A DNA stretch of 63,412 nucleotides from Octopus bimaculoides (lineage: Eukaryota): NCBI RefSeq assembly GCF_001194135.2, contig NC_068995.1, positions 2,954,591 to 3,018,002 of the forward strand. Reading direction: 5' to 3'. This document shows, piece by piece, positions 36,050-49,000 of the stretch. Under the pieces are notes generated by a model, which did no database searches, was not told the origin of the DNA, and was given only the letters and a program-made list of their open reading frames with translations. Position numbers and translations under genes: made by a program. How positions within the stretch are numbered: the first letter of the stretch is position 1; each line of letters opens with the position of its first letter.

Positions 36050-37500
36050 TCAACCTCCTCTTGTTCACCATAGTCCTCCAGGCAACGACAGAGGAATTTA
36101 AAACAAGCTGCTTTTGGGAGCTCCTCTATGCTGATGATCTTGTTCTTATAGCTGAATCAGAACTAGAGAAACTCCCAAGTATGGAAGCAAGGTCTAGAAT
36201 TAAAGGGCCTTTGAGTTAATCTAGCAAAAACCAAAGTCTTAGCAAGTAGGAAGGCAGACAAAATCACAAATCCCTTCAGGTAGATGGCCATGCTTGATCT
36301 ATAGAAAAGGTGTAGGTAGAAACTCCACAAGACATACCCAGTGTAAGTTAGGGACACATAAGAGGTGCAGCAACATCAGAGGAAGGTTAACAGAGAAACT
36401 AGCTTTTGTATGTGGAAGATGCACAGGTACAATAAACACTGAAAACGTGCAGAAAACAGACTCCATCAACTGCTAGTGGGGCAAACTAGAGGTAGTAGGT
36501 AGCTTCCATTATCTAGGTGACCAAGTTATTAGCAGAGGTGGATACTCCGAGAGCATAGCTGTGAGAATAAGATTAAGCTGAGAAAAGTTCAGAGAGCTCC
36601 TACCTCTGCTGGCAACAAAGGGCCTCTCTTTCAGAGTGAAAGGCAGATCGTATGATGCCTGTGTGCAAACAGCTATGCTATATGGCAGTGGAATATGGGC
36701 TATGACAGCTGAGGATGTGTAAGCTTGAGAGAAATGAAGCCAGTATGCTTCGCTGGTTGTGCAATGTCAGTGTGCATGTTTGACAGAGTGTAAGCATCTT
36801 GAGAGAAAAGTTTGGCATAAGAGGTATCAAATGTGGTGTGCAAGAGAGACGACTGTACTGGTATGGTCATGTGATGTGTATGGATGAGGACAGCTGTGTA
36901 AAGAAGTGCTGATCTCTAACTGTGGAGGGAACCTGTGGAAGAGGTAGACCAAGGAAGATATGGGACAAAGTGTGAAACATGATCTTTGAACCTTGAGCCT
37001 CACAGAGGCAATGATTAGTGACCAAGACCTTTGGCAATATGCTGTGATTGAGAAAACCTGTCAAGGCAAGTGAAATTGTTGTTGTGGTTAATGCTTGGAT
37101 CACGTAACTGGTACCCATGCTGGTGGAACGTAAAAAGTACTTTTCGAGTGTTGGGTCTCATGGAGGCAAAGTGGCCGATCCCGGTGGCATGTGGAAAGCT
37201 CCTTTCGAGTGTTGAGCCTCATAGAGGCAATGACAAATGACTGAGACTTTTGGCATTATGTCATGCTTGAGAAGAAGACCCATCAAGCCAAGTGAAATCA
37301 CACACATATGGCACCCATGCCGGTGGTACATAAAAGCATCCATTACACTCTCGGAGTGGTTGGTGTCAGGAAGGGCATCCAGCTGTTGAAACCCATGCCA
37401 AATTAGACTGGAGTCTGATGCAGCCTTTCAGCTTGCCAACCCTGGTCAAACCATCCAACTCATCCCAGCATGGACAACGGACACTAAATGATGATGATGA
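36050..37500 (+). mobile_element. RTE LINE 3' half (degenerate RT) with family A tail
   Basis: LFTIVLQATTEEFKTSCFWELLYADDLVLIAESE, then frameshifted C-terminal motifs, then a GAT tail. Confidence 0.9.
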
Positions 37501-37947
37501 TGTATATATAAACTCCTACCAGCCATGTTGAGTGACACATTCTTTCGTTTCTTATATATATATACATATATATACACAAACATACATGTGCGTGTGCGTG
37601 TGTGCGTGTAAGTAGTGCTTTTCTATCTACTCTCACTACTCCTGCCTCCTAACAGAACAATATCTCATTCAATACACAATTTTGTTTATTTTATCTTTAA
37701 TTTTCACAGGACACACAGACATGTTGTCTCTCTGTGAATGGGTGGTAGTGGTGGTGGTGGTGGTGGTGGTAGCGGTGCTGGTGATTATGGCGGTAGTTGG
37801 TTGTGGTGGTAGTGGTTGTAGTCTAACTACCATGGCTCTTTCTCACATCTTATATCCCACTTGCAAAAACACACATATACATGCAAATACACAACTACAC
37901 ACACAGTTATACATATATATCGAATAACTGAATGCCACGCATCCTGA

Positions 37948-37991
<44 letters not shown>

Positions 37992-38442
37992 CATAGAAAT
38001 GTATATACATATAACCATAGACACACACATACATACAAACACATAAACAACACACATACTTAAACAGCTCTACACATATTCACACTGTTATATGTATATA
38101 AACACACACACACACACTTCAATATACATTCTCACACACATGGTCGTATATCACACATGTATACACTTACTTTTCCGACTGCATCTCGTCTAAATCTACA
38201 TGCCAACATTTATTCATCACCTCATCAGCCTCTAATCGGCCTATAAATAGCCTATAGTTTGATTGATGGACAGTCTATAAGCTGTTCTCTATTGGTGGTC
38301 TATAACTGGTCTATAGTTTTAAGTCTGTTGTTGATCTGAAATTAGCCAGTCTGCAGATAGTTCATAACCAATTCATGTTCAATCTTTACATAGTCTGTAG
38401 TTAGCCCTTCATTATTTGTTAGTCCAGTCTATACAACACCTT

Positions 38443-38462
38443 TGACATTTGACCTTTGACCT
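38443..38462 (-). promoter_or_regulatory. Perfect nuclear-receptor DR1 element with a third half-site
   Basis: The minus strand reads AGGTCA A AGGTCA A ATGTCA. Confidence 0.4.
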
Positions 38463-39963
38463 CAACTCTGGGGTACTAAATGACCTTCTGCGTTTTCAAT
38501 GTCCACTTCCAAATTTTTAAGGTAAGGTGAAAATTTTCTTGTTGCAGTTTTATCTTTTTTTTTCCTTTATTTGTTTCTGTCATTAGACTGTGGCAATGCT
38601 GGGGCACTGTTTTGAAATATTTTAGTTAAATGAATCGACCCCAGCGTTTATTTTTTGTAAAGCCTGTTATTTTGATTGAACTCTTTTGGTGAACTGCTAA
38701 GTTACAAGGACATAAACACCCCAACACTGGTTGTCAAGTGGTGGTGGAAAACAACACACAAAGACACTTACACGTACATATATAATGGAGACAGATAGTC
38801 TGCGATGCTTACCAAAATATAGTTATGGCGAAACGACAAATAAAAAAACAAGGTTCTTTTTTGAAAAGTCACCTGAGGAAACATCTCCTAGAATGAATGA
38901 CAATTGATTGTACAGCATCCTACCTGTACAGCATCTTACCTTTCCTATAAGGTATAGTTGCTTGATAAGTTGAAACGATTGTAGTGGTTTTGAATAAAGA
39001 GTCTTGTGAATTCCAGTTTTTATCTCTCATCTTTTTTATATACATTCTATGGATACAAAGGAATTACTGAAGTAAATTCAGTGGCATATATCTCCATACT
39101 ACTGTTGACATCAGATAGACAAATACTGTGGACAGGCTTTAAACAGCATATACAAGGTGTATACACGGATATATAAAATTATTACATGCATATATATGTG
39201 TGTGTGTATATAAATATATATATATATAGATAAGTAGATATACGATGGGCTTTTTTGAGTTTCCATCTACTAAATCTACTGACAAAGTTTTATTGCTGTT
39301 GTTGTTGTTGTTGCTGCTGCTGCTGTTGTCGTCATCGATGATGTTTCTACTGTTGTTATCAGACTCGTTGCTGTTGTTGTTTAACCCCAGGTCAATCCTA
39401 ACTGAATAAATCTATGATCAAAAGCATTCCAGCCATGACCTTCCCATCTAATCCTTCTTTGAGGCATAGTCTACCTTTGATTCCATCATATTGTGCATTC
39501 TTTGTTCAGACAGTAGGCGGGAAGTTTGGGGGAGTTTTAGCTGTTATTTCTTGCAAGCTGAATGATCATGTAGAGGCTCCATTGCTGCCTTCAATAGTAG
39601 TAGTAGTCGTAGTAGCTGTTTTTGTAGTTTAGCTTAAGGTCAAGCCTGATCCATGAAATTATCTGGTCAAAAGCATGCTAGAGATGACCATCCAGTCCTA
39701 ATTTTAGAAATTATATTACGTCAATGTGTCCTTCCTATTTTAGTATAGTTGCATGTGATTTGAGAGAAATTTGACTTTTATTTCTAGCAAATGGGGTGAA
39801 CACATAGATGCTCTGTTGCTAGTAGTAGTAGTAGCAGCAGCAACTGTTGTTTAACCCCAGGTTAGCTCGAATCAAGAAGACTGAATGATGAAAGACCTAA
39901 TGATCTGTAGAATTAAAATACACACACACATATGTATATACATACATACACTACACATGTGCA

Positions 39964-40005
<42 letters not shown>

Positions 40006-40209
40006 TACCGTATTTTAAGGTGTATAAGGAACTCTTTTTTGTCAAAAATTAGGTTAAGAAAATATGGGAGTTTCTTATACATGGAGAATATTTTAATCCC
40101 TTACAAAACCATTTTTCCAAATTTAAGCCCCCAAAATAAGGAGGTTCCTCACACATGTGGGTTCCTTATACACATTAAGATATGGTATATATATGTATGT
40201 GTGTATATA

Positions 40210-43015
40210 TCATCATCAACATTATCATCATCATCGTTTAATGTCCGTTTTCCATGCTGGCATGGGTTGAACGGTTTGACTGGGGCCTGGCAAGCCAGGA
40301 GGCCACACCAGGTTCCAATCTGATCTGGCAGTGTTTCTACAACTGGATGCCCTTCCTCATGCCAACAACTCAGAGTCTAGTGGGTGCTTTTTACATGCCA
40401 CAGGCACAGGAGCCAGACGGGGTGAGGGGGCTGGCATTGACCACGTTCAGATGGTGCTTTTTATGTGCCACCGGCATGGGAGCCCGTCAAGCTGGCATCA
40501 GCCACATTTGGATGGTGCTTTTTACGTACCACCAGCACAGGAGCCAGTCAGAGTGAGGGAGCTGACATCGACCACATTCAGATGGTGCTTTTTACATGCC
40601 ACTAGCATGGGAGCCAGTCAAGTGGCACTGGTATCAGCCACAACTACAATTTCCATTTGATTGTGGTTTGATTTGGTTTTGATTTTGATGTACTTGACTC
40701 AATAAGTCTCCTCAAGCACGGCATGTCACTATGATCCAAAGGTACTTTAAATGGGCTGGTTATGTGACACTGGTGTAGGCTACAGCTGTGATCTCACTTT
40801 ACTTGTCGGTCTTTCTCAGTCACAGCATACCTCCAGCGGTTTCGGTCTTTTGTCATTGCCTCTGTGAGGCCCAACATTTGAAGGTCATGCTTCACCACCT
40901 CATTCCACGTTTTCCTGGGTCTCTCTCTACCACGGGTTCCTTTCACTGTTAGGTAATGACACTTCCTCACACAGCTCTCCTCGTCCATCTGCAGTACATG
41001 ACCATCCCAATGCAAACGTCTCTCTTGCACACCACATCCGATGCTTCTTATGTCCAACATTTCTCTCAGGGCACTTACACTCTGTTGTGTGTGCACACTG
41101 ACATTACACATCCAGCTGATCATGCTGCGTCATTTCTTTTGAGCCTACACATGTCTTCAGTAGTCATGGCCCATGTTTCACTGCTGTGAAGCATGGCAGT
41201 TCGCACACATGCATTGTACAATCTACCTTTCACTCTGAGCAAGAGGCCCTTTGTCACCAGTAGAGGTAGGAGCTTTCTGAACTTTGCTCAGATTATTCTT
41301 ATTCTAGTAGTAACGCTCTCTGAGCATTCCCCCCCCCCCCTACAGACTTGGTCACCTAGGTAGCGGAAGCTATCGACTACTTCTAGTTTCTCCCCTGGCA
41401 TGTGATGGAATCAGTTTTCTGAGCATCTGTGGTGTCTATTGACCCTGTGCATCTGCTGCACACGAAAGCTATCTTCCTAGTTAACCTTCCTTTGATGTTG
41501 CTGCACCTCTTATGTGTCCATAGCTTACACTAGATACATCTTATAGAGTTTCTACCTACACCTTTTCTACATATCGAGCAGGGTCATCTACCTGAAGGGG
41601 GTTTGTGATGTGTTTGCCTTTCTACATACTAGGACTTTGGTTTTTGTGACATTGGACTCTAAGGCTCTTTGATTCTAAACCTTGCTTTCACACCTGAAAT
41701 TTCTTCTCTAATTCTGGTTGTGATTCTGCTATGAGAGACAGGTCATCAACATAGAGGAGCTCCCAGGGGCAACTTGTCTTGAATTCCTCTGTTATTGCCT
41801 GGAGGACTATGATGAATAAGAGGGGTCTGAGTGCTGATCCTTGGTGGACTCCAACTTCTACCTGGAATTCTTCACTATACTCATTGCCAACCCTAATCTT
41901 ACAAATGGCATCTCTGTACAGAGCCTGCACAGCCCTGATTAACCATTCATCAATCCCTAGTTTCTGCATCACCCACCAGATAAGGGATCGGGGGGGGGGG
42001 GGGGGACCCTGTCAAAAGCTTTCTCCAAGTCCAAAAAAGCCAAGTATAGGGGTTTATCTTTGGCTAGGGAGTTCTCCTGCAGTTGCTGTACCAGGAATAT
42101 AGCATCAATGGTGCTTCTACCTGGCACAAAACTGAACTGCATCTCATGTAAGCAGACTTTCTCCCCAATTAGTTGGGCTATGACCCTCTCCGTGACCTTC
42201 ATCACCTGATTCAGCAGTTTGATATCCCTGTAGTTATTTCTATCTAAAGAATCACCTTTAGCCTTGTAGCAGTTGACTATAGTACTGCTACGCCAGTCAT
42301 TGGGTATGACTCCATCATGAACTACTTGGTTCACAATACAGGTAACCAGGCCATAACCCACACCACCAGATATTTTAAGCATCTCAGCAGTGATTCCTGA
42401 TGGGCCGGGGGCTTTTCCTGACTTCATACCCTTAATTGCTTTATCTACCAGGGGTGCTGTCTATTCAGATAGCTGGTCCCTCTACTGGGTCAACATTTGG
42501 CAGGTTCTCCTCCTCCTATTCATTCTCCACGTTCAGCAGTCTTTCATAATGGCTTCTCCAAGCCTCTTTCTTTTCAGAATCATTAAAGGCAAATGCACCA
42601 TCATCCATGCGGACACATTTCTCTCCTGTGACATCACAATTTTCTCTCACACACTGTCTTGCAATCCGAAATACTTCAGTTCTCTGGTCCTCACATCGCT
42701 GAACATTGGCAAACTTCTTTTCTGCTTCCCCCTTGGCTATGTATACCTGTCGCCCAGCTTCTCTTCTGGCTATCTGGTACAGTTCCCTGCTACCCCCACT
42801 TTGTTCTAATGACTTTGTCTACTGTATTATTCCACCACCACGCTACTCTAGGCCTGGAAGGGACTTTGCACCATCTGCAGATTTGGTCTGTGGCACTCAG
42901 TAAGGGGTCCTGTAGGAAATTCCAGCTACTCTCTATGTCTGAAGTCTGTAACTCCTCCTCCCTCTCATCAAATTTCTTGATGAGGACGTTCCTAAATCTC
43001 TCCCCCGCGCTCTCT
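40210..43015 (-). mobile_element. Longest RTE LINE copy in the window (RT domain, frameshifted) with 3' tail
   Basis: MKSGKAPGPSGI..NYRDIKLL..MQFSFVPGRSTIDAIF..AFLDLEKAFDRVP, GVHQGSAL.PLLF, ELLYVDDL; frameshifts near homopolymer runs. Confidence 0.95.
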
Positions 43016-43270
43016 GTCTATATATATATATTTTGTGCGAATGGTTTTGTTATACGGCACCGTATTTTACAATCCTGTAAATAATTAAACTGGTATTTAT
43101 ATATAAGCTTGAAACTTATGGTGATCACCATGCAATGACTAAGGAAAATAGTCTAATAAAGGGGCATATAAGCCCTTGACAGAAAAAAGAAGGCTTTCCT
43201 ATCTCTGTAGGAGCCAAACCCACATCCCTTTGTTAACATGACTGTGTTATCTTTGTGTATTTTAATATAC

Positions 43271-43318
<48 letters not shown>

Positions 43319-43400
43319 TATATATATGTATATAAATATATGTATATATATGTGTGTGTGTATATATATGTATATATGTGTGCGTATATATATATATATA

Positions 43401-43500
43401 NNNNNNNNNNNNNNNNNNNNNNNNNNNNNNNNNNNNNNNNNNNNNNNNNNNNNNNNNNNNNNNNNNNNNNNNNNNNNNNNNNNNNNNNNNNNNNNNNNNN
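43401..43500. other. Assembly gap of exactly 100 N (usually means unknown size)
   Basis: Run of 100 N. Confidence 0.95.
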
Positions 43501-43548
43501 GGACGTGAAACGATGATGATGATGATGATGATGATATATATATATATA

Positions 43549-44086
43549 TAGGGTGATTGAAAAGTAACTCCCTATTTTAAAATACTTATTAATTATTTAT
43601 TAACTGTAATTTTTACAAAAAATGGATATGAGAGGAAAGCTTTTAGTACAAGGTTTTATTTAAAATTTGATATGGGCTCCAAGTGTCGCCACCAGCTTCT
43701 TGAGTCGCCCAGGAATTGCAGTAACTGATTTCACCAGAAACTCCTGTAGGATGGAAGAAGACATAACTTCTCGTATTTGCCCTTCAAGTTCATTCAAAGT
43801 CTTAGGTTTGGAACAGTAGACTTGTTCCTTTAACCAACCCCCAAAGGAAGAAGTCACAGGATGTTAAGTTGGGACTTCTGGCAGGCCACTCAGACAACAA
43901 TGACCCATCCATCTCTTGGGAAAGTGGGCAGTCAGTCATTTGTGAATGACATGAGCAATACAATTAAAGGATAAATTTTTGTACTTCAAAAAACAAACAC
44001 AAAAAAAATTGAGAAAAAAAATTACAATTAATAAATAATTTATAAGTATTTTAAAATAGGGAGTTACTTACTTTTCCATCACCCTG
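43549..44086 (-). mobile_element. Tc1/mariner non-autonomous element with a transposase C-terminal remnant
   Basis: About 55-bp TIRs (t/c)agggtgat(t/g)gaaaagtaactccctattttaaaatactta, TA flanks; GWLKEQVYCSKPKTLNELE..IPGRLKKLV..GAHIKF. Confidence 0.85.
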
Positions 44087-44124
44087 TATATATGTATATA
44101 TAAGTTTGTGTGTGTATATATATA

Positions 44125-44985
44125 TATAAACCTTGTGTATAATACACACCCCTTCTCTAACTTGAGTCAAGGAGGTCTATATAACGTCCTTGGTTTGTAA
44201 ACATATATACGCTAACGTCCTTTATTATTATTGTATATATAACAATGCAAACGTGTAGCTTTTTTGTGCACTTTGTTTGCAGAAAATAAAGAAATAACAG
44301 TAATAACGTCAGTGAAAAATAAACATTAAGTAAATTGCCTTTACATATTTATCACTATCAGTTACAAAAGCAAAAACATTTCTTCAAATCCTTCAAATTC
44401 CACGTCACTTTCAGCATCAAATAACTGTTCCATTTGTTCCTCCCCAAACATGTCAGCATCATTGTAGTGTCTCCGTCATCGTCAGATTCATAGTCAACAT
44501 CAGAAGATTCACTTCCATTTATTTCATCTTTCCATACAACGTCATCCTGAGTACGATCCAGAGCAAACGATAAAACATTTCACAATAATCTGGGGATCAA
44601 GTTCATTCCATGCATACACGATCCATTTGCATTATCAAAGTCAGGTCGGGAGCGCGAACCCTTCCACCTTTAGTGAACCTTTTTTCAAGTCGACCTCCAT
44701 TAAGTCCCTAAATGCCGCAATTTGTTTTTAATCGTTTTGTTAATAGAGACATCTAATGGCTGCAATATGGAGGTCAGACCTGCTGCAATGACAGCAACAT
44801 CTGCTTTGAGACGTTTTTTTTTTGTAAATGCTTCAGTTTATCTAAACATTGCCGGACAGCAAATAGAGACTCGGCATTGCTTAGAAAATATTTTCCATTT
44901 TTAACCTCGTATATAGTACGCACTAGGGATTCTGACCATTAGATTTTTGGGAAAAAATGCGGATTACACTCGAGGATTTACGGTA
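44125..44985 (-). mobile_element. Internally deleted pogo/Tigger-like DNA transposon
   Basis: TIR TACCGTAAATCCTCGAGTGTAATCCGCA at 44958-44985 and a degenerate partner near 44125; DDE remnant VIAAGLTSILQPLDVSINK and ALDRTQDDVVW. Confidence 0.8.
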
Positions 44986-44996
44986 TAATACATATA

Positions 44997-45120
44997 CAGG
45001 GTGTCCACAAAGACTGCGTACATGGAGTAAATAAAATCATAACATAAACAATTAACTATAAGAAATAATTTCTTAAAGTATGTCTTAATCCCCATGTACC
45101 CAGACTTTGTGGACACCCAG
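44997..45120. mobile_element. 124-bp Tc1-type MITE
   Basis: TA-CAGGGTGTCCACAAAG ... CTTTGTGGACACCCAG-TA. Confidence 0.85.
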
Positions 45121-45332
45121 TATATGTGTGTCTGTGCATGTATATATGTATGTATATATTTATGTTTGTCTGTCTATCTATCTATATACACACACACACG
45201 TATGTATGTATATTTGTTGACACATTTTCCTGCTTTCTAATAATTTATCCAATATTTCTGCTGTTCTAACGGCAATTCTGCGTTCAAAAACATATAATCT
45301 TATCTGTATCGTACAATATATATATAATAATA

Positions 45333-45695
45333 ATAATATTAGGGACAAAATCCAAAATTACAGGTAAAAACTCAATTAAAATCAATTTATAAAAAATTAA
45401 AATTAAATTGAGCTTTACAGAGTAAAATATATATAAATATATAGTTTTAGGGAAAAAGAACCAAGGTTCATGAACTCATCGATGAAAATCCGCTGTCACA
45501 TAGAAAAATTAATAATTAAAATAATTATATATATATATATATAGTTTTAGGGAAAAGAACGAAGGTTCATGAACTCATCTTTTCCCTAATACTATATATT
45601 TATATATATTTTATACTGTGAAGCTTAATTTAATTTTAATAAATTGATTTTAATTGAGTTTTAACCTGTAATTTTGGATTTTATCCCTAATATTA
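45333..45695. repeat. AT-rich palindrome (about 120-bp arms) with a duplicated central unit
   Basis: taatattagggacaaaatccaaaattacagg... mirrored at 45578-45695; tatagttttagggaaaa..gaac.aaggttcatgaactcatc occurs twice in the spacer. Confidence 0.85.
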
Positions 45696-45876
45696 TATAT
45701 ATATATATATATATGTATTTATGCATGTGTATATATATGTATCTACGTATAGTTTATATTTTATAAATTCTAGATATGATATATAATATTTTTTTAATAG
45801 TTTTACTTAATTTCCCAATTCTCTCTTTCCTGAAAACATTGTTAAAATTAAATTTTACAATTTTAAGTTGTTATAG

Positions 45877-46029
45877 AAATTCAACTTCAATTTTCCTCCC
45901 AAAATGGAAGAAAGCAGACGACATTCTCTTCGTCATCAAAGACAGCAATGGCAGGATAACGACAAAGACATTTTCCTATGAGGAAAACCCTGAAATTACA
46001 AATATTTCTTCAAAGGATTTTTATAATTG
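45877..46029 (+). CDS. Plexin-like exon: end of one IPT domain and start of the next
   Basis: ttatag | (R)[31 protein letters not shown] | gtaagt, phase 2-2. Confidence 0.8.
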
Positions 46030-49000
46030 GTAAGTCTTGGGGGTTTAGAACTTTTAAAGAGCTTTCTGTTATTTTTTCTCTTTGATATTTTACTTGCTTC
46101 AGTCATTAGACTACGGCCATACTGGGGCACTGTCTTGAAGAATTTTAGTCTGCTACTTAACCTATCGGTCTCTCTTGCCGAAAAAAAAAGGCACAAACAC
46201 ACACAGAAAGGATGGAATTCTTTCAGATACCATTCCCAAGGCTTTGGTTCGCCTGGGGCTATAGTAGCAGACACTTTCCCCCAGATGCCACACAGCGGGT
46301 CCGGAATTATCGTGGCAAATAAATTTTGTGCCTGGGGCGGCCCTTCAGTTTGCCACCCCTAGACCCCACAAAAAACACATATTGCCTACAGAAGACTCAA
46401 AAGTACGGCCCCTACCACCAGCGTGTGTTAGATATGTCTGTCCTATAACTTAGGAACTTGTTCTTGATTCTGTTGGGAAAGCAGTTTAATTAATTATGTA
46501 TTAACAAATCTACTTGCAGGTCTAATTACACTGGAAATTGCACAACCGATAATGAGACCCGTGTCTGTAATGACAGGTAAGGAAACTGTTACTTTTTTTC
46601 TTTAGTTTTTTTTTTTATGACTTTGTCTGAGGAAGAAGGAACATGCCCCACAACCATCTACCAGGATCACTGATACCAGTGGAACGAAGAGAAAAACTTG
46701 TAGGGGGAACAGAAACTGGACAGAAGTGGACAAAAGCAGAGCAAGTGAGAAGAGAGGTCAGATAAGAGTGGATAAAATTTTGAGCAAATTGGGCTTACCT
46801 TCCTGTTACGTGTTTTTTATTATATTGAACCAAACTTCCAGATGCTGCCATTAAAGCCATTCTTGAAAGGAAGATATTTCTGGTGCAAAAGTCATTATTA
46901 CCTACAAGTGTAGGGTTTTGTTTTACAGCAAATGAAATGAAGGAATATTGAAGCCTTAACGAAGTTTTACATCTTAGGCTTACATGATTTATCATTGTGC
47001 TTATTTTCCGAAAGTTATTTTAAGCAGATATATCTTGTAACGGAGTGAATGATGAACAAATCTGTTGACCTTATCAAGTAACGGCTGATAGGAACGGATT
47101 CCCATCAAATAATGACCATCTATGCAGGTAATATCATCTGTAGAAGAAGAGATGTCTCAATGAATGTTGCTTATCAATGTTCGAGTTCTGTTGTAGCACA
47201 GGGAATCTCATGGCAGAGACTCCTTCCCACACTTTCCAGGAGACACCCATTTGCGGTCTTCTGCTTCTACTTCGTTCTTGTAACAATGTCTAACAAGGGA
47301 GATAACTCCCTATCTGTAAAACCCGTACTGCAGCATCTCAGAATATCTCTTGAGCTAGGCTATAATCTATTATGAACTTTGATGTAGTGGTGTTAAGTGT
47401 CTTGCACAAGAATTCAATAAAATTCATCAATTACACCGAACTGATAACATCATGTATTCATTATTTCAACTCGAACAGGATAAAGTGATATTTCAACTGA
47501 GAGCGTAATGTCAGAACTGTCGTCTGGTAATTTGTTCAACGTGCAAATATTCTACCAGCTCGCTGCCTTATTGCGGTCCTATTAACAACAATATTACTTT
47601 CTATTATATTTCAGTGGTAAACCCTTGATTTTTCAAGGCAATTATTTCAACAACGTGAAATTCGTATCAGTAACACCCAATGGGGTAAGACATTCCTCTT
47701 TATTGTTGCTTTCTTTTCTTTTTTCCTGCTCAGTGAGTAACAACTTGGTAACTGTATGGAAGCATAGCAGTGCTGAGAACATTGTTCAGAGATTTTAGAT
47801 GGAGATGTCAAAGTAGAGTGTGTAAAACTTGTCGAATTCTCGAAACTGTTGGGGTCAAAATGGTTGATAGTCAGAAATACAGTCTCATACTTCAAATCAA
47901 TTACATATCCAGAATAAAGTAGGCAGTTCGAACACAATTCAAATTTAAACAATATAGGTTGATATCAGGGGTGTATTTTCCAGGTGTGTTAGGTATGTGC
48001 TGCTCACCCATCGAAAATGACAAATTTATTGTAAATATTAATTTTACTCATTAATTTAATCACAAATCTGAATGGAAAACTTTTGTTATACTCCAGCTTG
48101 ACATTAGGTGACATAGTTAAGTTTATTTAATCATGTTGTTTTGAATTAATCATGGATTATCTCATAGCTTTGAGATTTCGATGATATGATTGTGTATTTT
48201 TTGTATGACATTGTTGGGTGAGTGTGAGAGGCAGGAGCTGATTTGTTTGAACATAAAGCGGGTAGAATATTTGGGCCATATACAGGTAGAGAGAGAGAGG
48301 AAGGAGAAAGCGGGGGAGAGAGAGAGATGATGTTATTGTTGCCATTATCATTGTTGTTACAGTTTTTGCTATAGTAGTAGTAGTAGTAGTTGTTGTTGTT
48401 TGTGTCATCTGAATGTAATGTTTCATTAAGCGGGCCCTGGCTTGGGTTAATATCCCCTCAGTTTTGGAGCCGGCAGGATTATCTAGAAGTGATGGGAAGA
48501 GACCAGATGGTCTTAGCCTTCGTCTCTGGGTAAGAGGTATGTGCCTTATCTGAGACACCATAGTCTGTGACTCCTTTGATCCCTTCCACATCCTGGAAGG
48601 GTCACTGCTTCTGTTGCCGAAAGGAATAAAATTCTCAAGTATCGAAACGTGGCTGTGAACCACTTCTTCCAGCGTGTAGCGTTTGAGACGTTTGGAGTGA
48701 CTTGGTTGCAAATGGCAAAGATTCCGTCATTATTGATGGATTGCTTTACCATGGCAACAATAGGTAACACCTGTGAGGGTGCTTGGCTGTACCAACGCAA
48801 CACCTTAGCATTGCCGTCGCTCATGGTAATGCAGCAACTGTGCTGGCTTGCTTTAGTAGACTCAATTGAACCTTGTGGTGTGTGACCATTTGAGGTGTTT
48901 GATATTTTTCTTTCTTTTTCATTCTTCCTATTTTCCCACTTTTGCTTTTCTTTTTTCCTTTGCTCCTGTTTGTGCTTTTTTGGGGGGGTTTTGTTTTGTA

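Noticed and set aside
47028-47375. ORF 47112-47375 and apparent AG/GT boundaries
   Set aside because: Stops in all three frames from the 47028 acceptor; no homology recognised
47690-47960. Possible extra plexin exon or Cys-motif ORF after 47684
   Set aside because: The strong acceptor at 47733 gives an immediate stop in phase 0; the chain is already complete via 49095
48157-48711. 184-aa minus-strand ORF
   Set aside because: Antisense shadow of the CRE-like relic plus microsatellite
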